The notes beneath the pieces are model-generated. The model saw nothing but the letters and a program-made list of their open reading frames with translations. It ran no database searches and was not told where the DNA came from. Shown here in pieces: positions 36,751 to 46,630 of a DNA stretch of 51,729 bases. The translations under genes were made by a program, and so were the position numbers. The stretch's first letter is position 1. Every line of letters begins with the position of its first letter. Source of the stretch: a virus (taxonomy: Duplodnaviria > Caudoviricetes); the IMG/VR virus record IMGVR_UViG_3300049893_000693, positions 1 to 51,729 of that record; one strand, 5' to 3'.

Positions 36751-37149
36751 TTAGATTAGGTAGACGATTGCTTGAGCCGTAACAGGCGAGACGGTCGCGC
36801 CCCGTACACTAGAATACACGTCTCCGTCAGCCGGTTCGTAATACTCTTCGCCAGCAGGAACGTACGTAGCATGTGTGAAGTCTGACGAGCTAGGAGTTTG
36901 GGCCGCTCCAGTAGCAGTGTACCGTGGGCTGGTTACTTGGAAAGCTTCCCGATTTCCGCCAGTCGAGGTGTATGCTGAGATTCTGATGCCATGTAGGAAC
37001 GAGGCCCCGGCGCTGCGGTCATCCACTGGGACGAATCCAGCGGCCTTGATCAGATCGAACAGCGTCGAACCCGCCCCACCATTCTGCGCGTTACCGGGAA
37101 TGGTGATAGAATACCGGCCTATCCTAGATGCGGTAACTGGGCTGCCCAT
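36751..37149 (-). CDS. Hypothetical, probably virion protein
   Basis: Beta-rich 132 aa; TAATG coupling. Confidence 0.6.
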   Translation of the reverse strand: MGSPVTASRIGRYSITIPGNAQNGGAGSTLFDLIKAAGFVPVDDRSAGASFLHGIRISAYTSTGGNREAFQVTSPRYTATGAAQTPSSSDFTHATYVPAGEEYYEPADGDVYSSVRGATVSPVTAQAIVYLI

Positions 37150-37298
37150 TACTTCCTAAACCTCCACATGCCACGCCGAAGTCCTAAGCCGAGACCAAGC
37201 CGGTGCCGGATAGACCGAACGACTGCGACGACACTGCCGCCGATCCCGTATAACGGGGCCAGAAACCACACACCCGTAGGTCCGATTATCCAGTGCAT
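37149..37298 (-). CDS. Small hydrophobic/basic protein, 49 aa (not in ORF track)
   Basis: MHWIIGPTGVWFLAPLYGIGGSVVAVVRSIRHRLGLGLGLRRGMWRFRK; exactly fills the gap. Confidence 0.55.
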   Translation of the reverse strand: MHWIIGPTGVWFLAPLYGIGGSVVAVVRSIRHRLGLGLGLRRGMWRFRK

Positions 37299-37299
37299 A

Positions 37300-40200
37300 C
37301 TAATTACCCTCAAGAGCCTGGAACGACTGTAACGGAGTTCCTGTCCAGGTCTTAGATAGTATGACCGTTGCGGTACCTTTCAACCGCTTTTCGATTACCG
37401 CCGAGGTATGAACTTCATCAGCTTCAACCAGATCCTTGACGGTGTCAATCGCGGCAAGCTGGGCCGATTCGGTGGGGGTAAGGCCAGATACGCCAGTCTC
37501 GGCGATGAGGATGGTGTTCTTCCATACTACGTCGATGCCGCCGCCACCGCTCGACTTGACTGGGTAGGCGTCATCGGCGCGGAAGATGCGGCGGTTGTCT
37601 AGTTGGCGCAGATTCGTGGCGGTGGTGTTGTCAAGGTACAGATTAACAATCGAGTTGTTAATACGGAAGTTAGCCTGATCTATCGCGGTAATACCGCCAA
37701 CGAACTCTTGGATACCTTGGTCGCTTTCGAGATTATACGACCACCATGCGTACATGTCCGCAATGTTGAAGTTGGCTGCGACTGTGACGTTCACCTCGTC
37801 GTTGACATAGTCTGCGGCGAATCCCGTAACCGTACTCCCATCAATGCCGAGCGCAACGTACACAACGTCTACTTCCTGCCCAGCTAGTACCGTCCAGCCA
37901 GACGACGAGGCGACAACTGTAGTAACGTAGGTTAGATATCCTCGCTTGTGTATCGTCACTCGCACGGTATCGCCAGCCGTGTAGTCTGTGCCTTCCGTAT
38001 AAGTATCGCTATAGCTAGTACCAGGAGTACCGAGATAGATTTCGGTGTCTGTGGTCACGTTGTAGACGCGGACCTTGCTGCCAGACACGATATTGGTGAT
38101 CGTGGCCGAGCCGACAGTAGGAGGCGTGCCATAGGTTCCATCGTCGGACTGGAAGCGGGTGAAGTCAGGGTGCGGAGTGCCACCAGTGCGGATGACGCGA
38201 ATGCCGACAAGATCATCTGGACTGTTATGGAGGATACCTCGCAGAGTCTCATAAGACGCTCCATTATCCAATACCATCTCAGGCCAGAAGAATGGTTCCT
38301 TGCCTTGAAACGTGGCGTCTTGAGCGAGGTTGTAATTGAGCCAGCGCAGGATCGTATCACCGGAATTGGCCGCGCTGTCTGTGATAGTGACGCTATAGTT
38401 CTTTGCCCCGTCGCCCGCGTCCCAAGACACGGGAGAAGCGCTATCATCAGTCAAGGTAAGGTTCGTCGCTGACGGATCGCCAAGCGTAAGGCCGTCAATC
38501 GCCGACATCGTGAGGGTGATGATGTAGAGGACTGGCTCCATCGTAGCGATGCCGTACACAGTAAGCACGTCAGTCTCGGCTTGCCGGTATCCGTTCCTCT
38601 GCACCTTGAATTGCAGATTGCTGCGCTTGTTGAAATTGCCGTGCGTGGCATCACCGTACATTTTGATAATTTCGTTTACATTGCCCGTAGCGCGAGCATC
38701 AGCTATCGCACCAGACCCAAGCTCATACTCAGGTTGCGATCCGGCGACTACGCCTTGCGAGAGTATGCCGACGAACTCAGCCGTCACAACTTCCGCTGCG
38801 CTCAAGTAGCGAACGCCGCCGCCTGTCATGTTCGTGATAGACGCGTCTGTTGCACCTTCCGCGCCATTAAGCAGGAATAGAGATGTGGCACCATTCATGC
38901 TGAGATTGAACGGGGTATTTCGTAGGCTCGTCTCGCTGATGAACGAGTCAATCATCAGAGAGTACACGTCACGGATGTTCGGTCCCCACGTCGGCACTGT
39001 CAGTTGATTATTAGCGCGGCTCCAGCTTGCGTCGGTCGTGTAGGTCAGGCCGTGGGCAGCGTTGTAGTTGTAGTCCGTGACCATCGTGAACGGCTGCGAC
39101 ATCGTACCTGACAGCACCACGCCCGTCAGTCGCTGCGGGATGAATCCCGCCTTTTGCGCCACGATGTCCACCGTTTCGCCGCTATGGGTATAGACTAGGC
39201 TTGTTCCGGTAGTTGAAGCGAGGACGGTCTGCGTACCAGTCGTGAAGATTTGCAGTAGTGTATTTGTTTCGGTGCTGGTGACCGTGATGTCCGCCGTGGG
39301 CACGACAATAGAAACGGTAGCCCCTGCGCTGGTGATGTCGCCAGCCGATAGCGATGTCGTTCCGGCGACGGTGATGGTGACGGTTCCAGTCGTCTTCAAG
39401 ACGTGGATCTTGTCGGTTCCAGGTGTGCCCGAGAAAGTAACATCGGTAAGCGTGAACGCCGTCACCGACGTACCTAGCTCGATATGATATCCAGCCGACG
39501 TGCCGGTAAGGTCAATTGTCGTCCTGGTCATTGACGAATTGGTGTCGAACTTGATTGCAGCTTGGGTTGATGTCGCCAATGTCTCCGTGATTACACAATC
39601 GACAACCGCCGCTCCTTTTGCGTCTATAACCTCGCTACCAATTACGGATATACCGGTAAAAGGGACACCCGTTTTCCAGGTTAGCTTTGTTCCGCGTGCG
39701 ATCCATCCCTGCGTGTAGGTCGTCGCGCTAGTGCTGTAATCCGCGTGCAAGGTAATGTTGATTATTTTAGCCGACGACACCGGCCATTGCCGTAGGTCAA
39801 TCGTATCAGATGCGCTTGCCTTGAAGGTGATGGTGTTGACAAGAGAATCGACAATATAGTTTTTGACGAGATACGGGTATTCAACAGATGCGGCCACACC
39901 TGCAAACGTAGTTATATTGGTTCCATCCCCGATCTGAACGTCGGTGCACCATACATCCTGTAATTCGCCTTGCGACGATGCACGGAAACCGTCACCGAAC
40001 CCATTAAGGTAACGCGATACCTCTCTTGGGGTCAACCCTCCGGTCAGGATTAGCGGGGCGGCCTTGGCCAGACCAGTCAGCGTCACATAGCGTGTTGCGG
40101 TGTTGGTTCCGCTTCTTTTCCACACAAGCCCGAAATACTTGATATCCGTGATATCTAATACACCGCTGGAATCAATCAGTGGTAGTTTGGTAAACTCACC

Positions 40201-41490
40201 GTGAAACATCGTTACATTGGTTGCGTTGGCACCGCCAGAGGATGATGCAGGCGGGTAGTACGTCCTGCGATACGCCCAATTTCCTGCACTGTCTTCAAGG
40301 TACATTCCGAAAGTTGCAGGTGCGATGTTCATTCCAGTCTGACCATACCCGACTGTGAAGACACCGCTAAGGTCAGCAGACGATAAAGCTGAGATTACAA
40401 ACCCATAATATAGCGCACCATTAGCCGGGTGCGCGTGAGCCACCGCAGCCCACGAAATAAAGCCGCCAGCAAACGGTGGGGATGGGATTCTCTGCGTTTC
40501 GTCCAGGGTAAGCGTGGTAAAGGCGTCTGTGTTTACTCCTAGAAAGGAGGCTCTCCTTGTAGTAATCTGCGCGACTGACGACGCGGGATCGGAAGTCCCG
40601 AACCTTTTGACGTATTCAATCCCGCCAGTTGCTATCGGCGCTTTTCGCCCACCACTTTTGTTGCGTAGGACAAAACGTACAGATAAATAGCGCACGTTTG
40701 CCGAGCTTGTTATTGTCTCTGACGCTATAGCCGCCGCCGTGCCCTGACCGAATGCCTGCGAGAATATCACCCTACCGGTTTGATTGTACAGGACGTTCTG
40801 CTTGCGAGTCGTGATATTGTAATAGGTGTTACCTGCTTGCTGCATGATCGTATCTACGATCAGACCACCGTTGTTCGCCGGGGTTATCGTAGCGAGCACG
40901 CACGACGTTGTGACAGAGTTTCCAGAATGTACTATTTGCGCCGGGGCCTTTTTAACGGTAACGTTTGACACCGTTGTTGATGCAGCCGTCGCCAAGGTGG
41001 CAGTCCCCGCGCCAACAGATGAGACATACGCCAGCAGGTTCGCTCCAGACACCCCAGCCCCTGGCACCATGATGGTGACGCCTGCCACGAAATCACCAGT
41101 GGCACCAGAGAAGGTCAGTGTCGTTGAACCGGAATTGATAGACCCCGTGCAAAGCGTTACGTCGGTTACATCGAACGGGGCCGTTCCATCAACGTCCCGG
41201 TATATTTCAGCCCCGACAGTGAAAGCGACTGGCGACGCTACGCTAACCGTAGGGTTTGGTTCATTCGCACCCGCTATCTTATAGCACGCGCCGAAACGGC
41301 AAACGGCGGAGGTGCCCTGCTGTGCCACGAACTCCGTGTATCCGGCAGGGTATGTGATTACATGCGAGTTGGTTTCATTGACGAATAATACAATGAGATC
41401 GCCTGCCTTTGTCTCTCCAATGTCAACCTCGACCGACGATACCGTCGTATCCTCTTGCGCCGTGAGAATTGCGTTGACGAGGTATGCCAT
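37300..41490 (-). CDS. Large Thr-rich beta-structured virion protein (fibre/adhesin-like)
   Basis: ~1396 aa, T/V/G-rich multi-domain. Confidence 0.6.
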   Translation of the reverse strand: MAYLVNAILTAQEDTTVSSVEVDIGETKAGDLIVLFVNETNSHVITYPAGYTEFVAQQGTSAVCRFGACYKIAGANEPNPTVSVASPVAFTVGAEIYRDVDGTAPFDVTDVTLCTGSINSGSTTLTFSGATGDFVAGVTIMVPGAGVSGANLLAYVSSVGAGTATLATAASTTVSNVTVKKAPAQIVHSGNSVTTSCVLATITPANNGGLIVDTIMQQAGNTYYNITTRKQNVLYNQTGRVIFSQAFGQGTAAAIASETITSSANVRYLSVRFVLRNKSGGRKAPIATGGIEYVKRFGTSDPASSVAQITTRRASFLGVNTDAFTTLTLDETQRIPSPPFAGGFISWAAVAHAHPANGALYYGFVISALSSADLSGVFTVGYGQTGMNIAPATFGMYLEDSAGNWAYRRTYYPPASSSGGANATNVTMFHGEFTKLPLIDSSGVLDITDIKYFGLVWKRSGTNTATRYVTLTGLAKAAPLILTGGLTPREVSRYLNGFGDGFRASSQGELQDVWCTDVQIGDGTNITTFAGVAASVEYPYLVKNYIVDSLVNTITFKASASDTIDLRQWPVSSAKIINITLHADYSTSATTYTQGWIARGTKLTWKTGVPFTGISVIGSEVIDAKGAAVVDCVITETLATSTQAAIKFDTNSSMTRTTIDLTGTSAGYHIELGTSVTAFTLTDVTFSGTPGTDKIHVLKTTGTVTITVAGTTSLSAGDITSAGATVSIVVPTADITVTSTETNTLLQIFTTGTQTVLASTTGTSLVYTHSGETVDIVAQKAGFIPQRLTGVVLSGTMSQPFTMVTDYNYNAAHGLTYTTDASWSRANNQLTVPTWGPNIRDVYSLMIDSFISETSLRNTPFNLSMNGATSLFLLNGAEGATDASITNMTGGGVRYLSAAEVVTAEFVGILSQGVVAGSQPEYELGSGAIADARATGNVNEIIKMYGDATHGNFNKRSNLQFKVQRNGYRQAETDVLTVYGIATMEPVLYIITLTMSAIDGLTLGDPSATNLTLTDDSASPVSWDAGDGAKNYSVTITDSAANSGDTILRWLNYNLAQDATFQGKEPFFWPEMVLDNGASYETLRGILHNSPDDLVGIRVIRTGGTPHPDFTRFQSDDGTYGTPPTVGSATITNIVSGSKVRVYNVTTDTEIYLGTPGTSYSDTYTEGTDYTAGDTVRVTIHKRGYLTYVTTVVASSSGWTVLAGQEVDVVYVALGIDGSTVTGFAADYVNDEVNVTVAANFNIADMYAWWSYNLESDQGIQEFVGGITAIDQANFRINNSIVNLYLDNTTATNLRQLDNRRIFRADDAYPVKSSGGGGIDVVWKNTILIAETGVSGLTPTESAQLAAIDTVKDLVEADEVHTSAVIEKRLKGTATVILSKTWTGTPLQSFQALEGN

Positions 41491-41548
41491 CACCCACCCC
41501 GCTTGCCAGGGTGGGTACGGATTACTGCACCTATCTCGTTACGTGGCA

Positions 41549-42034
41549 TTACGCCTTAGCGATGAACGCTTTCAACTCTGCGATCTTCGCTTCCCGTTCA
41601 AGCAGGGTTTTGTGAGCCTGTTCCGCTGCACTCTGCAACTGCTTGGCCATCTCCATAGCCTTGCGTCCATCAGTTTCATGGCGACACTTGGCGTGGTCAG
41701 CTTCAGCACACTCAGACTTCAACTTGGCGAGCCTAGCCTCTTCAACCTCGACGGCCTTGGCGTAGCGGGACTTGATCTCGGCATTAGACTGCTCGATGGT
41801 CTTGATTACGTTCGCGCGAAGCTCTTCGAGGTCCTTAGCCATGAGAGCCTTGGCCTCAGCGGTGTGGGCCTCGGCGTCTTTGGCTTCCTTCTCGGCCTTG
41901 GCCAGCCTAGCCGCCACGGACGACTGTGCTTCGGCGGCAACGATACCCGCCTCACAAGCCGCGATGAGTGCCGCGATGCGCTGCTGTTCAAGTTTAAGGA
42001 GGGCAAGATGGTCAGACAGGGGATTGGCTGGCAT
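41549..42034 (-). CDS. Coiled-coil protein
   Basis: A/E/K-rich heptads throughout. Confidence 0.65.
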   Translation of the reverse strand: MPANPLSDHLALLKLEQQRIAALIAACEAGIVAAEAQSSVAARLAKAEKEAKDAEAHTAEAKALMAKDLEELRANVIKTIEQSNAEIKSRYAKAVEVEEARLAKLKSECAEADHAKCRHETDGRKAMEMAKQLQSAAEQAHKTLLEREAKIAELKAFIAKA

Positions 42035-42036
42035 GG

Positions 42037-42648
42037 TTAGGCTTTCTTATTAGTCGAGAGCGCGGTCGCGAGGACGGCAAGACTCTTCAAGGTATCAGGG
42101 GTAATAGTGGTACGAATGTGCTCAGGAAGTGCGGCGTGATTCATCACAACCCATTCAATTACCGGCGTTGCAAGTTTAGCGGCTGAAGTGACTTCGGTTG
42201 AAATAGCTTCGGCTTGTTTCTGATTACGGTTGGCTATGATCTCCCACACCATGTCAGCGGTCTTACCTACTAGCGGACCAAGTCCAGGAATACCAGGTGC
42301 CACGCGGCCCACACCCCACAGCACAGCCAAAGCAGTACCAGTAAGAAGGCCCCAAGGAGATGAAGGAGTAGGTTCGGGCGGGGCGGCATCGCTGTACTGC
42401 TTGACGTTAGCCGCAATCTGCTGCGGTGTCATTGCGGGGGCGGGCAGTGCGGCGAATGGCTCGTTAATCGCCGCAAGTTGGTAATGTATTACCGAGTCGA
42501 GCGTCTGTTTTGCCTCAACCAGCTTATTCACGTCAATCAGGATAGCCGCCGCTTTCGTGCCAGCGATGCCATCAGCCGCCGCCTGCTTCTGCTCACGCGA
42601 AGCACAGCTAGTGAACAGAAGAGCTAGGATAAGTGTATACTTCAGCAT
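42037..42648 (-). CDS. Lipoprotein with internal hydrophobic segment (possible spanin-like lysis protein)
   Basis: MLKYTLILALLFTS-C lipobox; WGLLTGTALAVLWGVG segment. Confidence 0.6.
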   Translation of the reverse strand: MLKYTLILALLFTSCASREQKQAAADGIAGTKAAAILIDVNKLVEAKQTLDSVIHYQLAAINEPFAALPAPAMTPQQIAANVKQYSDAAPPEPTPSSPWGLLTGTALAVLWGVGRVAPGIPGLGPLVGKTADMVWEIIANRNQKQAEAISTEVTSAAKLATPVIEWVVMNHAALPEHIRTTITPDTLKSLAVLATALSTNKKA

Positions 42649-42654
42649 GGCGCA

Positions 42655-42683
42655 AGCCTAGATGGTAAGTTAACAAATGCAAG
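42655..42683 (-). promoter_or_regulatory. Putative late promoter CTTGCAT-N16-TAGGCT, likely leaderless
   Basis: 6 nt from the -10-like hexamer to ATG 42648; no SD. Confidence 0.55.
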
Positions 42684-42687
42684 CCTA

Positions 42688-42921
42688 TTAGTCTGATCCG
42701 GCTTTATCCTTTACTACTAACGCCACAGTGGAACCGATATGACGTTCTACGACCGCAGTCAGTCTATCAACCTTCTCAGATAAGTCAGTGAATCGAAGCG
42801 CATATGTCGTAAAGGTTCCGCCGAGCACAAAGGCAGCTACGAGGATAGTGACGATTGTCCCCATCGTGAAGCGTATAGGTTGGTCGGGGGACACAGTCGG
42901 ATCGTTAGGATGTCTGCCCAT
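42688..42921 (-). CDS. Single-TM small protein (holin-like)
   Basis: GTIVTILVAAFVLGGTF followed by short coiled coil; AAGGAG SD. Confidence 0.55.
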   Translation of the reverse strand: MGRHPNDPTVSPDQPIRFTMGTIVTILVAAFVLGGTFTTYALRFTDLSEKVDRLTAVVERHIGSTVALVVKDKAGSD

Positions 42922-43072
42922 TGGTCGGCTCCTTCACTTCTTTAGGGGTCGTAATAGTGCTGAATGCCTCATTAGCCATTTTGACAAACCCAACTCGAAC
43001 GCTAGGCGTTAGAGTCGAAGCATAATCGGTCATAGCCTGCTGGATAAACATGAGGGCTTCGTTGATCTGCAT
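42905..43072 (-). CDS. Hypothetical protein, 55 aa (not in ORF track)
   Basis: AGGAG SD; MQINEALMFIQQAMTDYAST... Confidence 0.65.
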   Translation of the reverse strand: MQINEALMFIQQAMTDYASTLTPSVRVGFVKMANEAFSTITTPKEVKEPTNGQTS

Positions 43073-43085
43073 GGAGTTCTCCTGG

Positions 43086-43403
43086 TTAAATAATAGGCGG
43101 AATGCTTGTCAGGTCAGCGACTTGTGCGGGGCCATCTACAGCGTTCACGCCTGCGGCCCATGATGCGATCCATTCGATAACTTGCAAGCCAGTAATACCC
43201 CCATAGGTCACGTCAATAAGGGCTTCGATGGGCGTTGAGCGCATGAAGTTCTTGATCGGCTGGCCCATCACCGTTCCGTAGACCGGGCGCAGCGACTGGT
43301 ACACGTCCACCCGCTTGTGGTCGGGGTCTTGATTGCGGATGACGATTTCCTCCGTCCGAGCCTTGACGGTCGTGGGGAGGTTTATGAGGATGTCGTCGGG
43401 CAT
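43086..43403 (-). CDS. Hypothetical protein, possible fibre chaperone
   Basis: AAAGGA SD before ATG 43403; follows the fibre gene. Confidence 0.55.
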   Translation of the reverse strand: MPDDILINLPTTVKARTEEIVIRNQDPDHKRVDVYQSLRPVYGTVMGQPIKNFMRSTPIEALIDVTYGGITGLQVIEWIASWAAGVNAVDGPAQVADLTSIPPII

Positions 43404-43413
43404 GGCGGGTCCT

Positions 43414-46400
43414 TTAGGTTGATGCAAGAAGTTTGTAGGTGGTACCGTTGATGGTTATGGTCACATATCCGGTAGCCGTGGGCGGCGTAGCAGAATACGT
43501 CCCTAGCGCCCATCCGTAATTTCCACTGAACCCTGCGTAGACCACCGTTTCTGAAAACACCCAATCTTTGGACCACACTTTTCCGCCGCCGATTTGGACC
43601 TCTCCAGACGCCACGGAAGACGGAGAGGCCCCTCGGCACACGGTTACGCCTGTACTAAGCCACTCTATCGGATAATTATTGTCCGTTCTATTGTAGAGGG
43701 CCAACGCATTAGCGGTGTTACCGTTAAGATAGAACTCCCACCTCCGACCACTAGCCGCTGTATCGCCAAGGATAAGCCCTGGGCCTCCACCATTCTGCGC
43801 GGACCATACACGTCCGCCGCCAATCTTCACTTCTCCAGACGCCACAGACGAAGGCGCTGATCCAGTGAACGTTACCGCTCCCAGCGCATTGATCTGATCG
43901 CTTGCACCGCTGCCGTGCGAACTGGCGTGTGGGGCGACCGCTGCCGTTCCGCCACCTGGAACCGTGCTGCTAGTGCGATAGTCGGTCGCGCTAATGAAGG
44001 TTGGCGAGCCGCCCTGGTTCCGGTAGATCACACGGTAGAGCAGTTTCAATTCTTGCAGACTCAGACCGGTCCATGCCGCAGTCGCAGTCGATAAGGCTGC
44101 CTGGGCGTCAGTCAGCGTGGCGTATTCGGTAGTCCCGACGCGAATCCAGATTGGACTGGTGGTGTCGGTCGTAGCGTACACATCGTTGATGACGTATTTG
44201 CCCGAGGCCACGTTCGTTGCGGTTCCTGCGCTGTCGAATTGCAATGTCCCACCACTCACCAGATACGGCGTCGATTCAGTGGTAAAATACATCGCGGAAT
44301 TGGTCCCGCTATACCGCCATAGACGACAGGTGGTTGACGTTCCTGAGGCGGTGAAATTAATGTCCTCGTCGTGGATCACGCCTTGCGTAATCGACAATGT
44401 TGTATTGTCGAAAGTTCCAGACAGCCCCGTCTCATACCGTGTGCCGATGGTCTTGTGCGCCCACAGATGCCACGGCAGGTTTCGTCGTGCCCCGTGTCGT
44501 TCCTCGTTGATGGCATATACCGTTGTCGGATGGTAGTAATAGATCGTGGCCACGGGAATGGTCGTCGTCAGCAAGAGGTCCCATGGATTCGTACTCTGTA
44601 CCAGATTCGGCACACCATTGGTGACTTTGAATGAGATGAAGTATAGTCCTGACGCTGCTGGAAGCGTGCAGGAATCCTCTGCTAAATCATATTCGCGCCC
44701 CTCGTACCATATCTTGAAGGTGCTACCAGTAGGCGAGATCGTGAACACGCGGAAGGTCGGGTCGAAGCTGTATGTTGCGTCTGTTCGGCTATCGAACCCC
44801 TGTTGCCGGTGGAAGTCCTGATAGTGGACTCCGTTGTCGATGTGGACGAAGATGGTTCCGTCGACCGTGCTGTTAAGAGCATAGCCAACAATCACGCGAT
44901 GATTCGGGAATGCTGGTTCGACGTTGGTCAAACCGCCCGCCACAGTCGGGGACAGATAGAGTACGTCGCCGTCTGCGAATCCCATAGTATTGATTCCACG
45001 CACCAACCCAAGAACCGTTACATACCCCTCCGCATTATTTGCGGTATCAGCGGTCACGACGCCGATGGTATGGTGCGGAGAATCCCCGGTGTCTCCGATG
45101 GCCAAGGCCATGCTAGGCCGGTTGCCTTGCGCCCCGTCCACGTAGACGACCTGCCCGTTGGTTATCGTGCCGCCCGTTTTGTTGACGCAGCGGACCCAAT
45201 TCTCTTGGCCGACCTGCAACGTCGCTCCTGAGATTTCAGATTGCAAGGACAACGTGTGATCGACGCTGTCCCAATACATCCGGCCTTCGAGATGCGCCGG
45301 AACCACTGATGGGGTTAATTGAAAATACCCATGCGCTGCGACAACCCCTCCACCTATCTGTACCTCGCCAGGGTCTACTGTTACTGGTATTCCGCCACGA
45401 AACCGCGCCGTTTTAGTTGCGTGGTGGAAATCTAAATAGAAGTCGGTTCCTGGCGCTGTGCCGACACTGAGGATAGCCCCATTGATTATAGTTCCTCCAC
45501 CGATACTCGTCTGGTTGGAAATCCAAGCTGACGGTTTTTGCCCCGTGATTTCCGCATAGTCATACCACTTGGCGAGATTCCCGCCGTGACCAGCGAAGCG
45601 CATCCCCTCTGGCATCAGCTCGAAGGATACGTCTAGGTGTCCAGCCTCACTATTGCTGATGCCGATGTGCGCCAACTGATACCCAATTTTGCTAGCAAAC
45701 ATCAAGTGCATGCCGTCCGATGCGAACCCCGCTGCTGGAGGTTGCAGGATGATACCGCACGTTCGTGGCTCGCCGCCACCGGGACGGGTTATTGTGTCCC
45801 CACCAAACACACGAAGGCCGCCGCTCGCCCAAATCTTGCCGCCACCGATTCGCGTTTCTGCCGTCAGGGTTATTCCGACCCCCGGTGTAGATACCGGCCC
45901 GCCACCAAGGAACTGCGCCCATTTCGTGTCGTTGTCGAAGATAGCATAGGCCGAAGCAGTCGGCAACGCGCCGACGCCCAGGGTTTCCCCGGCCAAGACC
46001 ATGCCGCCGCCAAGCTGGACTTCAGAAGTAGTAAGAATCGTGGGAGCAAAACCTAATACATGCTGCCGCTGTGTGAAGGTCTGTTCCCGCTCCAGCAACG
46101 CCATCGTGCCGCTAAAATCGGGGATCGAGATTGTCCGGGCCTGTGACAGATTCGCTTTAAGCGTCAAGTCCGCGTTCACGATATCAGTAACTAGATGCTC
46201 CAGATCCAGTTCAACCTTGCCCGCATCGCCATCGAACAATCTAACCCAGTTCCGGCCAAACGCCGACATATCGGTAATCTGGTCAGTTGTGATTGAAATA
46301 GGCCCAGTACTGCCAGATCCAGATCCAGCAGTACCAGGATTGATTAGAATACGCGTAGCTGACGTGGCTTTACCAATCGACCCACCAACCACCAATACAC

Positions 46401-46617
46401 CATCCGTTCCACATCCATAGCCAGTACCAGGAACCAGACTAGCCAATTTCAGTTCAGCTTCCCCAACAGTCTCAACACTAAACCTATCCCCATCCTTTAC
46501 ACTCGTGACAATACCATCCGGCGTATCGCTAGGCTGTGCCAACCGGTATTTACCCGACTCAGACACCACCCAACGATACGCCGAAAGGCCATGCGAAGGC
46601 TGATATACACTCCGCAT
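43414..46617 (-). CDS. Fibre-like virion protein with repeated GEV(Q/K)IGGG motifs
   Basis: Five copies of an E(V/T)x(I/L)GGG motif; C-terminal ITINGTTYKL. Confidence 0.7.
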   Translation of the reverse strand: MRSVYQPSHGLSAYRWVVSESGKYRLAQPSDTPDGIVTSVKDGDRFSVETVGEAELKLASLVPGTGYGCGTDGVLVVGGSIGKATSATRILINPGTAGSGSGSTGPISITTDQITDMSAFGRNWVRLFDGDAGKVELDLEHLVTDIVNADLTLKANLSQARTISIPDFSGTMALLEREQTFTQRQHVLGFAPTILTTSEVQLGGGMVLAGETLGVGALPTASAYAIFDNDTKWAQFLGGGPVSTPGVGITLTAETRIGGGKIWASGGLRVFGGDTITRPGGGEPRTCGIILQPPAAGFASDGMHLMFASKIGYQLAHIGISNSEAGHLDVSFELMPEGMRFAGHGGNLAKWYDYAEITGQKPSAWISNQTSIGGGTIINGAILSVGTAPGTDFYLDFHHATKTARFRGGIPVTVDPGEVQIGGGVVAAHGYFQLTPSVVPAHLEGRMYWDSVDHTLSLQSEISGATLQVGQENWVRCVNKTGGTITNGQVVYVDGAQGNRPSMALAIGDTGDSPHHTIGVVTADTANNAEGYVTVLGLVRGINTMGFADGDVLYLSPTVAGGLTNVEPAFPNHRVIVGYALNSTVDGTIFVHIDNGVHYQDFHRQQGFDSRTDATYSFDPTFRVFTISPTGSTFKIWYEGREYDLAEDSCTLPAASGLYFISFKVTNGVPNLVQSTNPWDLLLTTTIPVATIYYYHPTTVYAINEERHGARRNLPWHLWAHKTIGTRYETGLSGTFDNTTLSITQGVIHDEDINFTASGTSTTCRLWRYSGTNSAMYFTTESTPYLVSGGTLQFDSAGTATNVASGKYVINDVYATTDTTSPIWIRVGTTEYATLTDAQAALSTATAAWTGLSLQELKLLYRVIYRNQGGSPTFISATDYRTSSTVPGGGTAAVAPHASSHGSGASDQINALGAVTFTGSAPSSVASGEVKIGGGRVWSAQNGGGPGLILGDTAASGRRWEFYLNGNTANALALYNRTDNNYPIEWLSTGVTVCRGASPSSVASGEVQIGGGKVWSKDWVFSETVVYAGFSGNYGWALGTYSATPPTATGYVTITINGTTYKLLAST

Positions 46618-46630
46618 GTTTTACCTGCTA

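Noticed and set aside
43569-43852. Diversity-generating retroelement TR/VR pair in the fibre gene
   Set aside because: No reverse transcriptase in the genome; differences are not adenine-specific and both copies are coding
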